From NCBI GenBank assembly GCA_040878225.1, contig JBBDMR010000157.1, positions 1 to 49,742 on the forward strand: DNA of 49,742 nt, given 5' to 3'. Made by a program: the position numbers and the translations under genes. Shown here one piece after another: positions 44,855-49,742 of the stretch. The notes below the pieces were generated by a model that did no database searches, was not told the origin of the DNA, and saw only the letters and a list, made by a program, of their open reading frames with translations. Within the stretch, counting starts at the first letter, position 1; each line of letters opens with the position of its first letter. This DNA comes from Acidimicrobiia bacterium (GTDB lineage: Bacteria; Actinomycetota; Acidimicrobiia; Spongiisociales; ZC4RG35).

Positions 44855-45159
44855 GCGACCACGCCGCCCACCCCTCCCCGGCCCAATACTGGAAGATCGC
44901 CGTCGTCCTTGCCATTCTCACCGCGATCGAGGTGGGCATGTTCTATATCGACCGGGAGCTGGGCTTGGGGGCGTTCAACGCCGCGATCCTTCTCGTGCTT
45001 GCTGCCGCCAAATTCATGATCGTCGTCGGCTGGTTCATGCACCTTCGCTTCGAAAGCCCTCTCCTGAACCGGTTCTTCACCGGTGGATTCATCCTCGCCT
45101 TCTCCCTCTACGCGATTGTGCTCGGGCTGCTCGGAGTCCTGGTCATAAGGGGCAGGTAG
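44851..45159 (+). CDS. ctaF: Cytochrome c oxidase subunit IV (prokaryotic COX4 / Bacillus CtaF-type)
   Basis: ATG 44851 overlaps the ctaE stop (ATGA). 102 aa with three TM helices. YWKIAVVLAILTAIEV...VVGWFMHL is typical of this family. Confidence 0.8.
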   Translation: MSDHAAHPSPAQYWKIAVVLAILTAIEVGMFYIDRELGLGAFNAAILLVLAAAKFMIVVGWFMHLRFESPLLNRFFTGGFILAFSLYAIVLGLLGVLVIRGR

Positions 45160-45189
45160 TGCTCCACCCGGCATCCCGCCCCCTTTGAC

Positions 45190-45480
45190 ATGACTCGTTG
45201 GATCGCCTTGATAATGCTGGCATCGGTCGTGGCCGCCTGCAGTTCGGACACCGGCACCTCGGTTGGGTTGGTGACTGAAGTCGAAGGTACCCTCCCCGAC
45301 GTGGAGTCGTTCATAGTGCTCTCTGAAGGTGAGGAGATCAGCTTCCTCCCTTTGGAAGGGCAGCACTACGAGTTTCCGCTGGATCATCTCCGGGAACATC
45401 TCCGCTCGGGTGCGCCCGTGATCGTCGAGTGGGAGATGAGAGACGGAAATCGTTATGCACTTGCCATCACTGACGGCTGA
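45190..45480 (+). CDS. Small lipoprotein of unknown function
   Basis: 96 aa. Signal peptide with lipobox VAACS. It follows the cta operon after 30 bp. Confidence 0.6.
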   Translation: MTRWIALIMLASVVAACSSDTGTSVGLVTEVEGTLPDVESFIVLSEGEEISFLPLEGQHYEFPLDHLREHLRSGAPVIVEWEMRDGNRYALAITDG

Positions 45481-45495
45481 CAAAGAAAGCGAAAC

Positions 45496-46593
45496 ATGAC
45501 AGAACCAACACCATACGGGCGGTTTTTCCTGCCAGGCCCGACCGAGGTGCACCCTGATGTGCTGCAGGCGCAGACCAGGGCGATGATCGGCCACCGCGGT
45601 CCCCATATCACGGAACTCATGCAGAGCATTGAGCCCGGTCTCAAGGATCTCTTTCAGACCTCCCGCCCGGTTCTGGTTTCCACATCGTCCGCAAGCGGCC
45701 TCATGGAAGCTGCGGTGCGCAACGGTGTCCTCGGCGGCAAAGTGCTCAGCCTGGTCAACGGGGCCTTCTCGAGTCGCTTTGCCAAGATCGCGGTCGCATG
45801 CGGGCACGAGGTGGAGCGCTGGGAGGTCGAGTGGGGGTCGGTCCATTCCCCGGATGACCTCGAGGAGCGCCTACAAGAAGGAGACTACGACGCGGTAATA
45901 CTTTCCCAGTCTGAGACTTCCACGGGTGCCCTCCAGGATCTCGAGGCCATCGCCGGGGTGGTGACCGGACATCAGGACACACTGCTTCTCGTCGATTCGG
46001 TGACGGGTATCGGCGGAGTGGAGACGCGAACCGACGATTGGGCCGTGGATTTCATCCTCACCGGGTCCCAGAAAGCGGTTGCCCTTCCCCCCGGCCTGGC
46101 GTTCGGGGTGGCTTCGGATGCGATGATGGAGCGCTCGGCGAAGGCGCGCAACAAAGGGTGGTATTTCGATCTCGTGGAGTTGCTAGCAATGGGAGTCAAA
46201 TACCAGAGCCCGGCGACGCCGGCAGTCTCCCTGCTCTATGCGGCGCAGGCCCAGATGAAGCGAATCGCAAGTGAGGGCGTGGAAGGAAGGTGGCAGCGCC
46301 ACCTGGCCATGCAGCAGCGCACCTTTGATTGGGTCGACGAGATGGACGATGCCGGGATCGGTGTCGGGGTCTTTGCCGACGAGGGCCATCGCTCACCGAC
46401 GGTCACCTGCGTCACCATGCCTGGCAACGCAGGCGCCGGTGACCTTGTCGACAAGGTGGCGGCAGCGGGTTGGATCATCGGTGGCGGTTACGGCAAGCTT
46501 TCCGACTCGACATTCCGGATCGGTCACATGGGAGACCACACTGTCGACGAACTCGACGCTCTCCTCGATGTGATCGCCGGAGCCCTCACGTGA
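45496..46593 (+). CDS. Class V aminotransferase (serine-glyoxylate / phosphoserine aminotransferase-like)
   Basis: 365 aa. FLPGPTEVHPDVL and the PLP lysine context TGSQKAVALPPG. Confidence 0.88.
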   Translation: MTEPTPYGRFFLPGPTEVHPDVLQAQTRAMIGHRGPHITELMQSIEPGLKDLFQTSRPVLVSTSSASGLMEAAVRNGVLGGKVLSLVNGAFSSRFAKIAVACGHEVERWEVEWGSVHSPDDLEERLQEGDYDAVILSQSETSTGALQDLEAIAGVVTGHQDTLLLVDSVTGIGGVETRTDDWAVDFILTGSQKAVALPPGLAFGVASDAMMERSAKARNKGWYFDLVELLAMGVKYQSPATPAVSLLYAAQAQMKRIASEGVEGRWQRHLAMQQRTFDWVDEMDDAGIGVGVFADEGHRSPTVTCVTMPGNAGAGDLVDKVAAAGWIIGGGYGKLSDSTFRIGHMGDHTVDELDALLDVIAGALT

Positions 46594-47555
46594 CCTTCAA
46601 GGTGGTGGCGACCGACAAGGTCTCCAATTCCGGTCTCCGCACCCTGGTCGAAGACGACAGGTTCGAAGTCGTTTTCGCCCACGACTCAACGACTTCCGAT
46701 TTTGAATCAGCCCTTGAAGATGCAGATGCACTCATCGTCCGTAGCGCCACAACTGTTGGTGCGGCACTACTCGAGAAGGGGCCGTACCTGAAAGTGATCG
46801 GTAGGGCCGGGGTCGGTGTCGACAACATCGACATTCCGGCTGCCACCGAACGGGGGATAGCGGTTGTCAACGCACCGTCGGGAAACACGATTGCTGCGGC
46901 TGAGATGACCATGGCCCTCATCCTCGCCACGATGCGCCATGTCGTTGCGGCGGACACTTCCCTGCGTGACGGGAGATGGGACCGGAACCTGTTCAAGGGA
47001 GCCGAGTTGATGGGTAGGCGCCTCGGCCTGATCGGGGCGGGCCGCATCGGCGCCGAAGTTGCGCTCCGCTGTCAGGCGTTCGGTATGGACGTCATCATCT
47101 ATGACCCGTACCTCACCGAGGAGCGCGCGGAAGCGATCGGCAGCCGTCTCACCGACCTGGACGAGGTGGTGACGACTTCGGATGTGATCTCGCTTCATGT
47201 CCCCCTCACCGACGAGACCCGGGGGATGATCGACGAGGCGGCCATTCTGCGGATGAAGCCGGGCACGTTTGTGGTCAACGCCTCCCGGGGCGGTGTGGTG
47301 GACGAAACTGACCTGGCCGCCGCCCTCGAATCCGGCCATCTCGCCGGTGCTGCCCTCGACGTCTACGAAGACGAGCCCCTCAGCGGGGAATCGCCATTGC
47401 GGACAGCCCCCAACCTCACCCTCACCCCTCATCTCGGAGCTTCCACGGTCGAAGCCCAAGAGCACGTGGCGGTCGAGGTGGCTGCCAATGTCGCCGCGGT
47501 CCTCGTCGAGGGTGATCTAGCTGCCGCTCTGAACAAAGACCAGCTGTCTAGCTGA
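46590..47555 (+). CDS. serA: D-3-phosphoglycerate dehydrogenase, short form without an ACT domain
   Basis: The GTG at 46590 overlaps the upstream stop (GTGA). Motifs: LKVIGRAGVGVDNID, GLIGAGRIGAEVA, ASRGGVVDE and TPHLGAST. Confidence 0.88.
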   Translation: MTFKVVATDKVSNSGLRTLVEDDRFEVVFAHDSTTSDFESALEDADALIVRSATTVGAALLEKGPYLKVIGRAGVGVDNIDIPAATERGIAVVNAPSGNTIAAAEMTMALILATMRHVVAADTSLRDGRWDRNLFKGAELMGRRLGLIGAGRIGAEVALRCQAFGMDVIIYDPYLTEERAEAIGSRLTDLDEVVTTSDVISLHVPLTDETRGMIDEAAILRMKPGTFVVNASRGGVVDETDLAAALESGHLAGAALDVYEDEPLSGESPLRTAPNLTLTPHLGASTVEAQEHVAVEVAANVAAVLVEGDLAAALNKDQLSS

Positions 47556-48768
47556 GAACCAGTTCAGCAGCCGCTTCTTCGCCGGCGGGCTCCTCGGCTT
47601 CGGATTCACCGCCGAGGTTGGTGAGAACGGCGAAGAGGATGATCACGACGATCCCGATGCCGGCCAATGCGACGAGAAATTCGCCTTTGCCGATCTTCAT
47701 GTTGGGCCGCGAGCCCGCCAGTGAGGCAAAGGTGAGGATTCCCAAGGCGGTGATTATCGCCACGACCGAGGCCCCGCCCGAAGTCAGATGATTGGACTCG
47801 AGCAATGTCCGGGCGAAGGGGAGTACGAGCAGGGCCAGCAGGGCTATTGCGCCGAGGGGGATACCGACTGCGTTGCCCATCCGGGCCCGCACCGTCTCCA
47901 CCTCCACCACATCGGATTCGTCGACCGCGGCCGGTACGGCGAAGGATTGGGTGACAGCGGTTGTGATCGCACCGAGGAGGGCACCGCCGAGCACCATGAT
48001 GATGAGAGTGGAGAGCACCGGGAGCTCGATAAGGCCTTCGGAGCCTTCGATTGGTGTGCCAACACCTGCAGCCAGCAGCGCCCCGGCACCAACCCCGAGA
48101 ACAAACCCGAAAGCTCCCCCAACCCACGCTGTCCGCGACTTGGGCGATTTGAGCTGCATGGCCGGGTTGACCCATCCCGCTGCAGCACGGGCAAAAGCGG
48201 CAACGATGGCACCGAAGACGACACTGACCAGTGCCACCCCGATGAGCAGGCTGTTCGAGTCGGTGATGAAGATCGGGCTGAAAGTCTCCTCGCCCGTGAC
48301 TGAGGTGGTCTGTGACCAGGATGCGGCCGCCAAGACAAATGCAAACAGACCGAGGACTGCACCGGTCCAGCTACCGATCCGCCCGGTTGTGCGAAGCCGG
48401 TGTTGGATGGCCACCGGTTCCAGAGGCTGTTCGAGTGCCTCTGGAACGGAGAAGGCGGCCACTGCCGGCTCGTGGGCCGCAACGGGCAGTTCCGGTGCTG
48501 GTGCCGGTTCGGCATCGCTCTCGGCAGCGGGCTCCGCAGCGGAACCTTCGGTTGCAATTTCCGGTTTGGGTTTCGTCTCAGCAGGTTTGGGCGCGGCTGC
48601 GGGCGCACCACCCGCCCACGCCTCGAGAATCGCTTCGGTTGTGGTGCCATTGGCCTCGGCGCGGGCGGCCGCGGACCTGCTTACCAATTCGGTCGGCGTG
48701 CCCAGTGCCTCGGCGGCGGCTGTCAACAGATCGCTCACGAACGTCGACTCTAGTGGTCTGTCAGCCAT
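47548..48768 (-). CDS. Seven-TM membrane protein with a small N-terminal soluble domain and an Ala/Pro/Glu-rich linker
   Basis: 406 aa. N-terminus TPTELVSRSAAARAEANGTTTEAILEAWAGG, then an A/P/E linker, then about seven hydrophobic helices. I recognise no family with confidence. Confidence 0.65.
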   Translation of the reverse strand: MADRPLESTFVSDLLTAAAEALGTPTELVSRSAAARAEANGTTTEAILEAWAGGAPAAAPKPAETKPKPEIATEGSAAEPAAESDAEPAPAPELPVAAHEPAVAAFSVPEALEQPLEPVAIQHRLRTTGRIGSWTGAVLGLFAFVLAAASWSQTTSVTGEETFSPIFITDSNSLLIGVALVSVVFGAIVAAFARAAAGWVNPAMQLKSPKSRTAWVGGAFGFVLGVGAGALLAAGVGTPIEGSEGLIELPVLSTLIIMVLGGALLGAITTAVTQSFAVPAAVDESDVVEVETVRARMGNAVGIPLGAIALLALLVLPFARTLLESNHLTSGGASVVAIITALGILTFASLAGSRPNMKIGKGEFLVALAGIGIVVIILFAVLTNLGGESEAEEPAGEEAAAELVLS

Positions 48769-48799
48769 GCATTAGTTCAACGACTTCCATCCAGGCGGG

Positions 48800-49579
48800 T
48801 CAGGCGTTCTTCTCGTCCCGCCAGGCGAGCCAATCAGCGACCGGGGAGAGGTCGTAGCTGGTGCGGCCGTCGAATCCGAGGGTGATCAGTGTCGCCCCCG
48901 CCTCGAGTAAATCGTCGGCAGTGTCGACGCCACGGGCGCTGGCACCGCAGGAGATCTCGATTTCTGAGGGATCGCGATCGATCTCAGCACACCATTTCTC
49001 CAGCACCGACCGTTTGTGTCGAATCGAGTCTGCCCTGCCGAAGCCGTGCCAGATGTCGGCATGCCGGGCCGTATAGCGCAGGGTCTTCTTCTCGCCGCCC
49101 CCTCCGATGAGCACCGGGATCTTCCGGGTCGGGGCGGGGTTGAGTTTGTCCCACCGCTCCTCGATGCGGGGTAGGGCCTGTTTGAGGTCGGCGAGCCTAT
49201 GTCCGGCGGTTCCGAACTCGTATCCGTACTCGTCATAGTCCTTCTCGAACCATCCAGCACCGATTCCGAGGATCAGCCTCCCGTGGGATGCGTGGTCGAC
49301 GGTCCTTGCCATGTCTGCGAGCAACTCGGGGTTCCGGTAGCTGTTGCAGGTGACAAGTGCTCCGATCTCCACCCTTTCGGTGATTTCCGCCCAGGAGCCG
49401 AGCATCGTCCAGCATTCGAAGTGCTTGCCCTCAGGCTCTCCCGAGAGTGGATAGAAATGGTCCCAGTTGAAGAGGACGTCGACTCCCATTTCCTCGGCGC
49501 TGGTGACGGCACGACGTATCTCGTCGTACTCGGCATGCTGGGGCTGCAGCTGGATCCCGATTCTCACCTTGTAGGGCAT
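48800..49579 (-). CDS. LLM-class F420-dependent oxidoreductase (luciferase-like)
   Basis: 259 aa. RBS GGAGGA. ETAWMLGSW-type motif (ECWTMLGSWAEITERVEIGALVTCNSYRNPELLA) and LILGIGAGW. Confidence 0.9.
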   Translation of the reverse strand: MPYKVRIGIQLQPQHAEYDEIRRAVTSAEEMGVDVLFNWDHFYPLSGEPEGKHFECWTMLGSWAEITERVEIGALVTCNSYRNPELLADMARTVDHASHGRLILGIGAGWFEKDYDEYGYEFGTAGHRLADLKQALPRIEERWDKLNPAPTRKIPVLIGGGGEKKTLRYTARHADIWHGFGRADSIRHKRSVLEKWCAEIDRDPSEIEISCGASARGVDTADDLLEAGATLITLGFDGRTSYDLSPVADWLAWRDEKNA

Positions 49580-49602
49580 GGTCCTCCAATAGATGTGTTG
49601 GA

Positions 49603-49742
49603 CTAGGTCTTCAAACCGTACATCGTGTCGGCGATAAGCTCGTCGACGACCTGGTTCAAGGCTTCCCTGTCGTCGGCTCCGTCGCTCTTCGCCATCTCGT
49701 AGGTGGCGAGCTGGCGATGGGCGCTGGTTCCTTCGCTGACGA
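49603..49742 (-). CDS. 3' end of an unidentified CDS (runs off the right edge)
   Basis: The reverse-strand frame reads ...AHRQLATYEMAKSDGADDREALNQVVDELIADTMYGLKT and ends at TAG (49603-49605). It is too short to assign. Confidence 0.35.
   Translation of the reverse strand, partial: VSEGTSAHRQLATYEMAKSDGADDREALNQVVDELIADTMYGLKT

Overview
This is a high-GC, very gene-dense stretch of chromosomal core, with about 50 CDS. Many gene pairs overlap by 1, 4 or 8 bp at stop/start junctions, and several convergent pairs overlap tail to tail.

I found no rRNA, tRNA, CRISPR array, transposase or integrase. The gene content points to Actinomycetota, possibly a deep-branching class. This is inference from ClpS-DUF2017, XRE-HbhA-like synteny, an F420-type LLM oxidoreductase, a lipoprotein CtaC and GlnE.

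Gene order from left to right:
- An acyl-CoA catabolic block: biotin carboxylase, carboxyltransferase, ferredoxin, MaoC hydratase, an SDR pair, a family III CoA-transferase and a thiolase.
- HhH-GPD and DUF4388 proteins, then a decayed uridine kinase remnant.
- proC translationally coupled to proline dehydrogenase.
- An ArsR/DUF5937 regulator with a coupled small ORF, divergent from an EtfD-like membrane Fe-S oxidoreductase.
- clpS, DUF2017, an eRF1/Pelota-like (baeRF-type) protein and a MocA-like nucleotidyltransferase.
- DUF4332, a VIT1 transporter, and an XRE regulator with a Lys/Ala/Pro-repeat HbhA-like protein.
- pntAA-pntAB-pntB, an M20 amidohydrolase, glnE, nadE, a class IV aminotransferase and an M23 peptidase.
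- mgtE, greA, selD with a thioredoxin-like 2Fe-2S protein, an alpha/beta hydrolase and a penicillin/AHL-acylase.
- A ctaB-redoxin-ctaCDEF caa3-type oxidase operon.
- A class V aminotransferase with short serA, a 7-TM protein and an LLM oxidoreductase.

Nothing here looks like a classical defence or mobile island. The most unusual candidates are:
- the clpS-DUF2017-baeRF neighbourhood;
- the ArsR/DUF5937 gene with its small ORF;
- a catalytically degenerate, truncated SDR coupled to an intact SDR;
- an orphan-looking selD context;
- the udk deletion scar.

All functional calls come from reading the translated motifs. No database search was run.
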